In this document: one piece after another, positions 1 through 9,472 of the stretch
Layout of the letters: every line of letters begins with the position of its first letter
Numbering within the stretch: the first letter of the stretch is position 1
Source: an uncultured bacterium
Lineage (GTDB): Bacteria; UBA8248; CAZNSX01
DNA length: 64,000 bases
Reading direction: 5' to 3'
Assembly (NCBI GenBank): GCA_964575845.1
Contig: CAZNSX010000007.1
Location: forward strand, 80,772-144,771
Program-made: the position numbers and the translations under genes
Notes under the pieces: generated by a model
What the model was told of the DNA's origin: nothing
Seen by the model: the letters and a program-made list of their open reading frames with translations, nothing else
Databases searched by the model: none

Positions 1-537
1 TTCTTGGCTATGGCGCCCGCCGCCACCCTGGCCGCGGTTTCGCGAGCGCTCGCACGGCCACCGCCCCGGTAGTCCCGGTGTCCGTATTTGACCCAGTAGG
101 TGTAATCGCCGTGGCTCGGACGTAAGAGCTCCTTGATGGCCTCGTAAGGAGCCGAGTCCACGGCCACGTTCTCTATCAGAAGGGAAATGGGAGCGCCCGT
201 GGTCTTTCCCTCGAATACCCCCGAGAGAATCTGCACCCGGTCGGGTTCCCGGCGGCGGGTCGTGGGGCGGCCCGGGGCGGGCCGCCCCCCCGCGCCCCCC
301 CCCCGAAACGCTTGTTGGGAAAAGGGGAGCCCCCCACCCCCCCCCGGGGGGGGGGGCGGGGGGGGGGGGGGGCCCGGGGGGGGGGGGGGCCCGCCGCCGG
401 TCGAGCTCCCTCTGAAGGTCTTCTTCGCAAAGGGGAAGCCCCGCCGGGCAGCCGTCCACCGAGGCACCCAAGGCCCGGCCATGAGACTCTCCCCAAGTGG
501 TAACCAGGAAAAGAGTGCCGAAGGTATTTCCGCCCAT
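1..537 (-). pseudogene. aroC: chorismate synthase, N-terminal part (gene runs off the left edge). The reading frame is broken by a G/C homopolymer block at about 262-402.
   Basis: My own minus-strand translation from the ATG at 537 gives [49 protein letters not shown]. From about 262 down to 1, in a different frame, it gives [88 protein letters not shown]. Both pieces match the conserved AroC N-terminus. It is absent from the ORF track because the frame is broken and the ORF is open at the window edge. Confidence 0.8.
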
Positions 538-565
538 CTTCCCCTCCCGCGCTGGCTCAGCCTCC

Positions 566-2074
566 TCAGGAGAACCCGAGCCGGGTTGCCATCTCCTCGA
601 CGAGCTCCTCAGGGGTCTTGCCCTCCCCGTCCATCTCTAAGGAGGCGATGCTCCGGTAGAGGGGAAGGCGCTCCTCATAGAGGCGCTGGAAGGATTCCCT
701 GGGTGAGTTCGGGTCCAAGAACGCCGGGAGCCCACCCTGGGAGATCCTCCTGAAGAGTTCCTCTGCCTCAAGGTGAAGGAAAACTACCCTAAGGCTTCTA
801 TCCCGCAAGAGGTCTGCCGCCTCGGGCCCAGCCAGGGGAGTGCCGCCGCCAAGGGCGATCACTTTCCCCTCGCCCTTCAGGGTTTCCTTAAGGCAGCGGA
901 GCTCCAAAGCCCTGAAACCCCTCTCGCCGAGCTCCCTGTAAATCTCCCTGAAGGTAAGGGCCCTTCCCGTCTCCTGAGAGAATAATTCCTCAATTACCCT
1001 ATCCAGGTCAAGAAACTCCTTTCCGAGCCTGAGGGCAAGGAGACTTCCTACGGTGGATTTCCCCGAGCCCTTGAAGCCGATCATGACCACATTCTCCGGG
1101 GGAGAGGAACAGCCTCTCAAAGCGTCCTTCCTCTTGAGGTAGGCCTCCACCTCCCGGGCCAGAGCCGAGAGGGCAAGCTCCTGGCTATCCTCAGAAACCT
1201 CCACCCAGTTGACTTCCGGCGCATTCTTGAACCAAGTCATCTGCCGCTTTGCATAGCGACGGGTATCCCGCTTGAGAAGCCTGAGAGCCTCCTCCTCCTC
1301 GGCTTCCCCGTGAATGACCCTCAGGAAGTGGCGGTAGCCAAGCCCTTCAAGTGCAGGGCTCCCCGGCGGTAAGCCCTCATCAAGAAGCCTCTTCACTTCG
1401 GCGGCAAGCCCTCCCCTCACCATGGCCTCCGCCCTGCGGTCTATCCTCGCATAGAGGGCAGCCCTATCCCACTTGAGACCCAACACCAAGGGGTCGGAGA
1501 AGGACCGGTGGCGGCCCTCGCGCTGAAGTCGGCTCATCGGCTCTCCCGTCTTCTCCACCACCTCGAGCGCCCTGATCACGCGACGAAGGTCCCGGGGATG
1601 AATTCTGACGGCGGCCTCAGGGTCTAGGGCTTTAAGGCGCTCATAAAGGGCCTCACCGCCCACCTTCATGGCCAGCTCCTCGAGCCTTTCCCTCACCTCA
1701 GCATCGGCCCCGGGCCCATCAAAAATACCCTTCAGGAGAGCTCTGAGGTAAAGTCCGCTTCCGCCCACGACCAGGGGCACCCGTCCCCGCTCATAGATTC
1801 CCTCCAGGGCCTTTCCCGCTTCTCGGGCATAGCGGGCGGCGCTGTAGCGCTCGGTGGGGTCGGCCACATCAAGCATATGGTGGGGAACGCGAAGCCGCAT
1901 GTGGCGAGCGGGCTTGGCCGCCCCGACTTCCAGGCGCCTGTAAACCTGGATGGAGTCAGCGCTCACGACCTCCAAGGGATAGCTCCCGGCAAGAGCGAAA
2001 GCCATCTCTGACTTGCCCGAGGCGGTCGCGCCGATGAGTGCCACCAGGGGCCTGGGGTCTCGTGACTTCTGCAT
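566..2074 (-). CDS. miaA: tRNA dimethylallyltransferase (MiaA, about residues 1-305) fused in frame to shikimate kinase (AroK, about residues 325-502)
   Basis: The N-terminus has the P-loop [13 protein letters not shown] and the MiaA-like motifs SADSIQVYR and YAKRQMTWF. The C-terminus has a second P-loop, [13 protein letters not shown], followed by LDLD, FR..E and GGG, which are typical of shikimate kinase. It is a single uninterrupted 502-aa ORF. Confidence 0.75.
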   Translation of the reverse strand: MQKSRDPRPLVALIGATASGKSEMAFALAGSYPLEVVSADSIQVYRRLEVGAAKPARHMRLRVPHHMLDVADPTERYSAARYAREAGKALEGIYERGRVPLVVGGSGLYLRALLKGIFDGPGADAEVRERLEELAMKVGGEALYERLKALDPEAAVRIHPRDLRRVIRALEVVEKTGEPMSRLQREGRHRSFSDPLVLGLKWDRAALYARIDRRAEAMVRGGLAAEVKRLLDEGLPPGSPALEGLGYRHFLRVIHGEAEEEEALRLLKRDTRRYAKRQMTWFKNAPEVNWVEVSEDSQELALSALAREVEAYLKRKDALRGCSSPPENVVMIGFKGSGKSTVGSLLALRLGKEFLDLDRVIEELFSQETGRALTFREIYRELGERGFRALELRCLKETLKGEGKVIALGGGTPLAGPEAADLLRDRSLRVVFLHLEAEELFRRISQGGLPAFLDPNSPRESFQRLYEERLPLYRSIASLEMDGEGKTPEELVEEMATRLGFS

Positions 2075-2077
2075 TGC

Positions 2078-2410
2078 TCAGGGTATCAGCCGCTTGACGG
2101 TTCTCTCGAAGGCATCAAGGTGCTCGGGGCTGAAGAGGACGAGGGGAACCTCCCTCAGGCTCCCTCCACCCTCTTGAGCATGCTCGATGATAGAGTCAAG
2201 CATGGCCCCCGACACGCCTCCCCCCATCCGGAGGCGGTTATTGGCGGCATTGACGATGGCATCGGTAGCGCACTCGGTGAGGTCGCCCTGGGAAATCACG
2301 ATTTCCAGCTCGCCCACCCGCCTTTTCGGCATGCCTCTACACCCTTGCCCCTTCACCAGGGGCTCTTCCACAAAAAAGCAGGGAGCGACCCTGCGCGGCC
2401 ACCTTCCCAT
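2078..2410 (-). CDS. short macro-domain (ADP-ribose binding) protein. The likely start is the internal Met at 2332.
   Basis: Contains the motif GDLTECATDAIVNAANNRLRMGGGVSGA, which is the macro-domain signature. The protein is only about 84-110 aa, so the central part of a normal macro domain appears to be missing. Confidence 0.55.
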   Translation of the reverse strand: MGRWPRRVAPCFFVEEPLVKGQGCRGMPKRRVGELEIVISQGDLTECATDAIVNAANNRLRMGGGVSGAMLDSIIEHAQEGGGSLREVPLVLFSPEHLDAFERTVKRLIP

Positions 2411-2434
2411 GCACTGGGATTTTTCCGAGGTCTA

Positions 2435-2761
2435 CTAATCTAGAGCACTCTCAGGGAGCTCAGGAGAGGCTGCCTCCAGAGTGGCATCCCCATCGACCAT
2501 TTCCCTGAGCTCTTTTCCGGCCTTAAAGAAGGGCACCTTCTTGGGTGGGATATATACAGAGGCACCCGTCCGGGGGTTGCGTCCTTCACGGGAGTCGCGG
2601 CTTCTTGTTCTGAAGCTCCCGAAACCCCTGAGCTCCACCTTGTCCCCCTCGCTCAGGGCGCTCACGATGCTCCCGAAGACAATGTTCACCACTCGTTCAG
2701 TATCCTTCTTGGTGAGGCTTATCTTCTCGGATATCTTCTCCACCAGTTCCGCCTTGGTCAT
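2435..2761 (-). CDS. ihfB: integration host factor beta / HU-family DNA-binding protein
   Basis: MTKAELVEKIS...VELRGFGSFRTRSR..REGRNPRTG..V.IP.K.VP.FK.GKELR is a close match to the IHF-beta pattern. Confidence 0.8.
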   Translation of the reverse strand: MTKAELVEKISEKISLTKKDTERVVNIVFGSIVSALSEGDKVELRGFGSFRTRSRDSREGRNPRTGASVYIPPKKVPFFKAGKELREMVDGDATLEAASPELPESALD

Positions 2762-2832
2762 AGGTTCTGGCCTCCTCTAGCTCCCTCGGCTCCTCCCGGA
2801 GGGGGGAGACCCCTCCTCCATTTCAGAAGGGC

Positions 2833-3729
2833 TCAGCTAAATCGATAGTTGGGCCACAGGTACTCCAGCCTGAGGCCAGGCTCCTCTAGCCTCTCGGCCA
2901 AGACCCGGAGCTGCCCCGCAAGTCTCAGAAGCCACCAGAGGAGACCCACGCGGGGCCTCCGCTCGACCACCAAGGGTTCCCCTGGAATACCCGACATCTC
3001 AGCCGCGGCCCTGATGGCATCCTTAAGGTTTCCCAGTTCATCCACCAGACCTTCTGCTTTCGCCCTCTCCCCTGAAATGATTCGGCCATCGGCCAGCTCT
3101 TGTACCCTCTCGGGTAACATCCGGCGGCCCTTGGCCACCGCTCTCACAAACTGTTCGTAGGAATCATCGATTAGACGTTGCAGTATCTTGCGATCAGCCT
3201 CGGTGAGAGGGCGCACCGGTGAGCCCAGGTCCTTATGAGCTCCACTCTTGATCACATCCACCCTCATTCCCAGCTTCTTCAGCAGCTCCTCCACATTAGA
3301 AACCTCAATGATAACCCCGATGCTCCCCGTGATGGTGCCCGGATTGGCAAATATCTTATCCGATGCGCAGGCGATGTAATAGCCACCCGACGCAGCAACA
3401 GCCCCTAAGGAACTTACTACCTTCTTACCTCTCGCCCGGAGCCGCAACAGCTCGGAGTAGATCTCCTGAGAGGCACCGACACCGCCCCCTGGGCTGTTGA
3501 TGCGCACCACAACAGCCCTTATGGAATCATCACGGCCATACTCATCGAGGATTTCCAAGACCTCTCTTGAGCGGAAAATAGTCCCTTCAAGGGTGAGGAG
3601 AGCAATCTTGGGACGCCCTGCAAACTTTCCCTCAAAGAGGTGCGGCAGTGCGAAGACGACCAGCAAAAATAACACGGCGCCAGCCGCTGCCAGCAGCACG
3701 CCGACGCCAATGATCCTCCTTCTTCGCAT
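2833..3729 (-). CDS. sppA: signal peptide peptidase SppA (36K type)
   Basis: An N-terminal transmembrane segment, then INSPGGGVGASQEIY and AASGGYYIACASDKIFANPGTITGSIGV (S49 peptidase motifs). Confidence 0.85.
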   Translation of the reverse strand: MRRRRIIGVGVLLAAAGAVLFLLVVFALPHLFEGKFAGRPKIALLTLEGTIFRSREVLEILDEYGRDDSIRAVVVRINSPGGGVGASQEIYSELLRLRARGKKVVSSLGAVAASGGYYIACASDKIFANPGTITGSIGVIIEVSNVEELLKKLGMRVDVIKSGAHKDLGSPVRPLTEADRKILQRLIDDSYEQFVRAVAKGRRMLPERVQELADGRIISGERAKAEGLVDELGNLKDAIRAAAEMSGIPGEPLVVERRPRVGLLWWLLRLAGQLRVLAERLEEPGLRLEYLWPNYRFS

Positions 3730-3750
3730 CTTTTTCTGGAGAAGGGTCGC

Positions 3751-5640
3751 CTAGGGTCCGAAGGTTTCCCCTGGCGCTTGGGGCGGCTCCGGCCTCTCCA
3801 ATCGTTCCTCGCCCTCTGCACCTTCGACCTGACCCTCGGCTAGGTGGTCAGACGGCGCAGGGCCTTCCTCGGCCTTCAGAACCTCCTGGGCCTCGGCGGC
3901 GACTTCTCGTTCCGCTTCAGCTGGCTCGGTGGCCTTGAAGATAAAGGGATCCTCCCCCGTAGCCTCCTGGAAGGCCCTGATGCTGAGGCCCAACTTTCTG
4001 GCCTCGGGGTCGATCTTTATGATCTTCATCCTCACCTCATCGCCTTCCGATACAACCTCTTCCGGCTTGCTCACCTTGTAGGGACTCAGCTCCGAGATGT
4101 GAATGAGACCTTCAAGGTCGTTATCTATTGCGGCGAAGGCGCCGAAATTGGTGATCTTAACTATCTTGCCCACCGCATCATCCCCAACCTTCCACTTCTC
4201 GATGATATTTTCCCAGGGGTCTGCCATAAGCTGCTTGAGTCCCAGGGAGAGGCGCTCCCTATCCACGTCGATGCTGAGAACAACGGCCTCCACATCTTGG
4301 CCCTTCTTCAAGATCTCAGAAGGATGCTTTATCCGCTGAGTCCAGGACATATCGGAGATGTGGATGAGCCCGTCGATCCCTTCTTCCAGAGCCAAGAAGG
4401 CGCCGAAGTCGGTGAGGTTTCGAACCTTTCCCTCCACCTTGGAGCCCACGGGATACTTATCCGCGATCAAGGTCCAAGGGTTGGGCTCACACTGCTTAAT
4501 GCCCAGAGAGATTCGCCGGCTATCCTTGTCCACATTGAGAACCGCTATATCGATAACGTCTCCTATCGCCACAACCTTTGAGGGATGACGTACCCTTTTG
4601 GTCCAGGACATATCAGAGATGTGTACCAGCCCCTCCACCCCCTGCTCCAGTTCCACGAATGCGCCATAATCGGTTATGCTGACCACCCTTCCCTTGAGCC
4701 GGGAACCCGCCGGATATTTGACATCCACATCCTCCCAAGGGTCGGGGGTGATCTGCTTATGGCCCAGGGAGACCCTTTCACGCTCTCGGTCGAACTTGAG
4801 AACCACCACCTGAGCCTGGTCCCCGACCGAGAGAAGCTCTGTGGGATGCCCCACCCTGCCCCACGACATATCGGTTATGTGAAGAAGGCCGTCGATACCT
4901 CCCAGGTCCACAAAGGCGCCGTAATCCGTTATGTTTTTCACGACCCCTGTCAAGACCAAACCCTCCCGAAGCTTTTCAAGGGTATCCTTCTTGAGTTCGG
5001 TTCTCTCTTCTTCCAGGATAACCCGGCGGGAGAGGACAATGTTGCCTCGCTTCCGGTTGAGCTTTATGATTCGGAGCCTAAGCTTTTTGCCCACGTACTG
5101 CTCCAAGTTCCGGACGGGGCGCAGGTCCACCTGGGAGCCGGGAAGGAATGCCTTCAATCCTATATCCACCGTCAGGCCGCCCTTTACCCGGGCCACCACA
5201 ACACCTTTCACCTCTTCGTTATTCTCGTAAGCCCGGCTCACCTCATCCCAAACCTTTATCTTGTTAGCCTTTTCCTTGGAGAGGACCACCTGACCTTCGG
5301 CATCTTCCCGAGTTTCCAGATAGACGTCCACCTCATCGCCGACCTTAAGGTCTCGGCCGGCGTAGCCAAATTCCGAGAGTGAGACGAAGCCCTCCGACTT
5401 ATATCCCACATCTATGAGGACGCTACCTCCTGTAATCTGAACCACCCGGCCCCTTATTATCTCGCCCTCTTTGACGTGCTTTAAGCTTTCAGCATAAAGC
5501 TGTTCCATGTCCTCAGACCTTGTCTCGCCTTCCTTTCTCTCGTCTGCGATTGCAGAGGCGTCCTCAGCTGCCGGGCCAGTCAAAGCCTCGTGTTGGCTCT
5601 CTATTTGGGAATCGGTCTCAGATGCTTTATCTTCTTCCAT
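3751..5640 (-). CDS. rpsA: 30S ribosomal protein S1
   Basis: Six S1-domain repeats are present (G..V.G.V..I...GAFV.L..G..GL.HIS). The start was moved to the ATG at 5640, which is preceded by AGGAGG. The track ORF begins at an upstream TTG at 5664. Confidence 0.9.
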   Translation of the reverse strand: MEEDKASETDSQIESQHEALTGPAAEDASAIADERKEGETRSEDMEQLYAESLKHVKEGEIIRGRVVQITGGSVLIDVGYKSEGFVSLSEFGYAGRDLKVGDEVDVYLETREDAEGQVVLSKEKANKIKVWDEVSRAYENNEEVKGVVVARVKGGLTVDIGLKAFLPGSQVDLRPVRNLEQYVGKKLRLRIIKLNRKRGNIVLSRRVILEEERTELKKDTLEKLREGLVLTGVVKNITDYGAFVDLGGIDGLLHITDMSWGRVGHPTELLSVGDQAQVVVLKFDRERERVSLGHKQITPDPWEDVDVKYPAGSRLKGRVVSITDYGAFVELEQGVEGLVHISDMSWTKRVRHPSKVVAIGDVIDIAVLNVDKDSRRISLGIKQCEPNPWTLIADKYPVGSKVEGKVRNLTDFGAFLALEEGIDGLIHISDMSWTQRIKHPSEILKKGQDVEAVVLSIDVDRERLSLGLKQLMADPWENIIEKWKVGDDAVGKIVKITNFGAFAAIDNDLEGLIHISELSPYKVSKPEEVVSEGDEVRMKIIKIDPEARKLGLSIRAFQEATGEDPFIFKATEPAEAEREVAAEAQEVLKAEEGPAPSDHLAEGQVEGAEGEERLERPEPPQAPGETFGP

Positions 5641-5775
5641 TGAAAAGTTTTTCCTCCTGTCCAATTAACATACCATAAGCACGAGCCCCAAAAATAACTT
5701 CTCACTCCTTTCCCTGGAAGCCAAGGCTAGACTCAGGCCGCTTCTGGATATTCACAAGGAAGAACTTGCCCCTTT

Positions 5776-6462
5776 TCAGAATAAGTCACCACAGCGAATT
5801 TTCACTTCTTGTATCATGAATCTCAAAACTTCGTCAATAGTTAAGTTTGTGGTATCAAGAAAAATAGCGTCCTCTGCCGGACTCAGAGGCGAGGCCTCCC
5901 GGGAGCGGTCCCGCCTATCTCGCTCCTCAATTTCCTGCCGCAGCGCCGCCCTCTCGGAAGGCCCAAGGCTCTCCCCTCTCTCTCTGAGGCGCCGTTGCGT
6001 CCGCTCCTCCAGAGAGGCATCAAGGAAGAACTTGACTTCGGCCTCCGGAAACACGACCGTACCCATGTCTCTTCCGTCCACCACCACACCGCCCCCCTGG
6101 GCAGCCCGCTTCTGAATGGAGTGCATCTCCTTCCTAACGCGCCGATGGGCTGATACCCGGGAGGCTGCGCGGCCCACCTCCTCTTCCCTTAGTTCATCCG
6201 TCACATCCTTCCCGTCAACCAGCACCCGCCAACCAGCCCCTCCCCGATGAAATCCCAGGTTCATCTTCGCCAGAGCTTCCAGGACGGAGCTTTCCGATTT
6301 GGGGTCTGCCCCCAGCCGGAGCGCCCCCCACGCCACGGCTCTGTAAAGGGAGCCGGTATCTATGTAGTCAAAGCCAAGCCTCTCAGCGAGGGCCCGCCCG
6401 ACGGTGCTCTTCCCGGCACCGGCGGGGCCGTCCACGGCGATGATGGGAAGCCGGCGCTTCAC
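5776..6462 (-). CDS. cmk: cytidylate kinase
   Basis: IAVDGPAGAGKSTVGRALAERLGFDYIDTGSLYRAVA. It has a 4-nt overlap with the upstream tyrA. Confidence 0.9.
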   Translation of the reverse strand: MKRRLPIIAVDGPAGAGKSTVGRALAERLGFDYIDTGSLYRAVAWGALRLGADPKSESSVLEALAKMNLGFHRGGAGWRVLVDGKDVTDELREEEVGRAASRVSAHRRVRKEMHSIQKRAAQGGGVVVDGRDMGTVVFPEAEVKFFLDASLEERTQRRLRERGESLGPSERAALRQEIEERDRRDRSREASPLSPAEDAIFLDTTNLTIDEVLRFMIQEVKIRCGDLF

Positions 6463-7358
6463 TCGCAGGCCCTCTCCCCCAATAGCTCAGCCCGAAGATG
6501 CCTTATCCTGGCGAAGGCGGCTTCGAGGGCAGCGCCGTCGCCTGCAGCCACATTTAACTTCAGAGAAGAGAGGGCCTCCTCGAAAGCCGATAGAGACCTC
6601 AAGACCTCTTCCCTGTTGGCAAGGAAGATATCCCGCCACATTATGGGGTCGCTTGAGGCAATGCGGGTGAAGTCCCGAAGGCCCCCGGCTGCGAAACGAA
6701 GGCTTTCCTTTCCCCTCAGTCCATCCATGAGGGCATAAGCCACCAGATGGGGGAGGTGGCTCACCTCCGCCATATATCTATCGTGAAGCTCGGGGCTAAG
6801 GCAGGCCACCTTCGCTCCCAGGCCCTCCCACAGGGACTGCACCTTATTGAGGGCTTCAGGGTTCGTCGAAGGTGTCGGGGTCAGGATGCACCACGCTCCT
6901 TGGAAAAGCTCGGCAGAGGAGGCTTCTACGCCTGAGCACTCCTTACCTGCAACGGGATGGCCCCCTATGAAATAGCGTCCCGGAGGGAGGGCTTCTTCCA
7001 GAGCCCGGACCAATGAAGCCTTCACACTCCCCACGTCGGTGAGGCAAGCTCCTCGGGCCATACAAGGGAGGACCCTTCGGGCCACACCTTCGGCTGCACC
7101 CACAGGGGTGGCGATAACGATGAGCTCGGCTCCTGCGGCGTCCTCAGGACGATTGAAAGCCTTATCGATTACCCCTAGCTCAAGGGCTCTCGCGAGGGCG
7201 CGGGGGTCTTCATCAACCCCCAGTATTTCCTGGGCAAGGCCCTTCTCTCTCATTCCCCTGGCCAGGGAGCCCCCTATGAGGCCGACCCCCATGACCGATA
7301 CCCACCGAAAGCAATTGGCCAAAGAAGCCCCCTCAGAGCCGGGCCCTCGCTTCCTCAT
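6459..7358 (-). CDS. tyrA: prephenate dehydrogenase. The start is uncertain; GTG/ATG at 7301 or 7292 is more likely than 7358.
   Basis: Rossmann motif [12 protein letters not shown] and the GGHP.AG motif ([11 protein letters not shown]). It sits in an aromatic amino acid gene context. Confidence 0.8.
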   Translation of the reverse strand: MRKRGPGSEGASLANCFRWVSVMGVGLIGGSLARGMREKGLAQEILGVDEDPRALARALELGVIDKAFNRPEDAAGAELIVIATPVGAAEGVARRVLPCMARGACLTDVGSVKASLVRALEEALPPGRYFIGGHPVAGKECSGVEASSAELFQGAWCILTPTPSTNPEALNKVQSLWEGLGAKVACLSPELHDRYMAEVSHLPHLVAYALMDGLRGKESLRFAAGGLRDFTRIASSDPIMWRDIFLANREEVLRSLSAFEEALSSLKLNVAAGDGAALEAAFARIRHLRAELLGERACE

Positions 7359-8376
7359 ATCCAGGAAGCTTCTTACCCACGGCGTCGGCGACGCGCTTGA
7401 GTTCCTCCATTAGCTCCCTGAAGCGCTCAGGCTTCAGGGATTGGGGTCCATCAGAAAGAGCTTCTGCCGGCCGGGGGTGCACCTCCATCATTGCACCGTC
7501 GGCCCCTACCGCCACGGCCCCCTTAGCCATAGGTGGGACCAGGTTCCAGAGCCCAGCGCCGTGGCTCGGGTCCACGATGATGGGCAGGTGGGTCAGCTCC
7601 TTGAGAGCGGGAACGGCACTTAGGTCCAGGGTGTATCGGGTGTGGGTCTCAAAGGTGCGGATACCCCGCTCGCAGAGGATGACCCGGCTGTTTCCCTGGT
7701 GGAGGATGTACTCGGCTGAAAGCAAGAGGTCCACCAATGTAGCACTGGGGCCCCGCTTCAGGAGCACAGGCTTCTCCTGCCCTCCCACCTCCCGCAGGAG
7801 CCGGAAGTTCTGCATGTTCCGGGCCCCAATCTGTATGATATCGGCGTATTCCCCGACGAGAGAGAGGTCTCTGGGGTCCATGAGCTCGGTGACCACTGGG
7901 AGGCCCGTTTCTTCCCGGGCCTGGGCCAGATATTTTAGACCCTCTTCCTCGAGTCCCAGGAAGCTATAGGGGGAGGTTCTGGGCTTGAAGGCTCCTCCCC
8001 GCAGGAAAGTAGCCCCCGCCTCCTTGACGGCATAGGCGACCTCGAGTGTCATCTCCCTCCCCTCAACCGAGCAGGGCCCTGCTATCACGTGGAAGTCCTC
8101 ACCGCCTATGACCCTCTCGCCAACCTTGATCTTACTATCCTGGGGGTGGAAGTCACGGCTAGCCAGCTTGAATGGCTTCATGACGGGCAGGACCTTCTCC
8201 ACCCCGCCCCAGCTCTCAAGGGGCTTATCCAGGAGGATGGTCACATCGCCGACAGCACCTATTATGGTGCGGTCCTTTCCCTGGGAGAGGTGGGCGGAGA
8301 GGCCCAGCTTCTCCAGCCGCTCGACAACGTTATCGACCTCATCCTGGGTTGCACCTAGCTTCATTACGATGATCAT
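7333..8376 (-). CDS. aroF: 3-deoxy-7-phosphoheptulonate (DAHP) synthase, class I-beta with an N-terminal regulatory domain
   Basis: Collinear with the Thermotoga-type DAHPS: MIIVMK..., [53 protein letters not shown]. Confidence 0.9.
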   Translation of the reverse strand: MIIVMKLGATQDEVDNVVERLEKLGLSAHLSQGKDRTIIGAVGDVTILLDKPLESWGGVEKVLPVMKPFKLASRDFHPQDSKIKVGERVIGGEDFHVIAGPCSVEGREMTLEVAYAVKEAGATFLRGGAFKPRTSPYSFLGLEEEGLKYLAQAREETGLPVVTELMDPRDLSLVGEYADIIQIGARNMQNFRLLREVGGQEKPVLLKRGPSATLVDLLLSAEYILHQGNSRVILCERGIRTFETHTRYTLDLSAVPALKELTHLPIIVDPSHGAGLWNLVPPMAKGAVAVGADGAMMEVHPRPAEALSDGPQSLKPERFRELMEELKRVADAVGKKLPGYEEARARL

Positions 8377-8388
8377 TTGGTTCTTCCT

Positions 8389-9471
8389 CTATCCCCTTCC
8401 CGACCTGACCCTTCGAAGGGCCTCTATGAAACGCTCGTTTTCCTTAGGGAGGCCCACCGTCACCCGAACGTGCCGGGGCAGGCCATAGCCCCCCAAGGGC
8501 CTTATGATGACGCCCTCCCGGAGGAGCTCTCTATAACAGTCAGCCCCATCACCCACCTCCACCAGAAGGAAATTAGCTTCAGAAGACACGTATGGCACTC
8601 CCAGCCGCTCTAGCTCCCGATAGAGATAGTCCCTCCCCCGGGAGTTCACTTCCACGCTCTTTCTCACGTGCCCTTCATCAGAAAGTGCCGCCCGAGCGGC
8701 AGCCAGGGCGAGGGAGTTTACGTTGAAGGGCTCCCTCACCCGGTTAAGACAGTCCACGAGCTCCGGGTTTCCCACCCCGTAGCCCACCCTCAGCCCCGCA
8801 AGGCCATAAGCTTTGGAGAAGGTCCGAAGAGCCAGGAGATTGGGGTAATCCCGCACCCAGGCTGCAGCGTTGGGGTAGTCGGCACGGGCGACATAGTGAC
8901 AGTAAGCTTCATCGACCACCACGATGACGCTCTTGGGGAGACTTTCGAGCAGCTCCCTCAGGGGGCCCCCTCCCACCACCGTGCCCGTGGGATTATTGGG
9001 GTTGGCCACGAAGAGGAGCTTGGTGCGGGGGCTTACCCTCTCCCTCATGGCCTTGAGGTCGTGGGTATAGTCCTTGAGGGGGACCAGAACCCGGCGGGCA
9101 TCGACGAGCTGGGCCACGATCTGAAAGACGATGAAGGCACTTTCGGAGATGATGGCCTCATCGCCCGGCTCAAGGAAAGCGTGGGCTATGATTTCCAGAA
9201 CCTCGTTCGTGCCGTTTCCCAGGATGAAATGCCCTTGGCTCAAACCATGGAATTCGGCGAGAGCGCCCCTGAGATGGTAGCCGCTGCCATCGGGATAGCG
9301 GTTCACTTCGAGGAAGGCATCCTGCAGGGCCTCAAGCGCCTTGGGGGAGGGGCCCAGAGGATTCTCATTTGAAGCGAGCTTTACGGCCGAGGCTATCCCA
9401 AGCTCCCGCTCCAGCTCATCCACTGGTTTTCCGGGCTCATAGAAGATTATATCCCGCACCCTCTTTGCCAC
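8389..9471 (-). CDS. hisC: histidinol-phosphate / aromatic aminotransferase (class II PLP enzyme)
   Basis: LASNENPLGPSP, NPNNPTG and FSKAYGLAGLRVGY motifs. The GTG at 9471 lies immediately after the pheA stop at 9473. Confidence 0.85.
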   Translation of the reverse strand: MAKRVRDIIFYEPGKPVDELERELGIASAVKLASNENPLGPSPKALEALQDAFLEVNRYPDGSGYHLRGALAEFHGLSQGHFILGNGTNEVLEIIAHAFLEPGDEAIISESAFIVFQIVAQLVDARRVLVPLKDYTHDLKAMRERVSPRTKLLFVANPNNPTGTVVGGGPLRELLESLPKSVIVVVDEAYCHYVARADYPNAAAWVRDYPNLLALRTFSKAYGLAGLRVGYGVGNPELVDCLNRVREPFNVNSLALAAARAALSDEGHVRKSVEVNSRGRDYLYRELERLGVPYVSSEANFLLVEVGDGADCYRELLREGVIIRPLGGYGLPRHVRVTVGLPKENERFIEALRRVRSGRG

Positions 9472-9472
9472 T

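Noticed and set aside
176-753. Track ORFs 176-496 (-), 187-753 (+) and 312-503 (+) with poly-Pro/Gly translations
   Set aside because: They are produced by the G/C homopolymer block. The real coding signal here is the frame-broken aroC on the minus strand.
2075-2080. A TGA between the macro-domain ORF and miaA in the same frame; possible read-through or selenocysteine
   Set aside because: The two proteins belong to unrelated families, and each has its own plausible start and end. A same-frame arrangement is expected one time in three by chance. I saw no SECIS-like hairpin, in contrast with the OsmC case.
3844-5382. Long plus-strand ORFs (245 and 265 aa) opposite rpsA, and similar antisense or offset ORFs elsewhere (for example 28119-28973, 29175-30320, 33691-34785, 37995-39056, 40766-41431, 43543-44070, 44273-44836, 49694-50107, 50637-51302, 62454-63125)
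   Set aside because: Each lies inside, or antisense to, a gene with clear family motifs. They have low-complexity, Arg/Pro/Gly-rich translations and no recognisable domains. They are shadow ORFs expected at this GC content.
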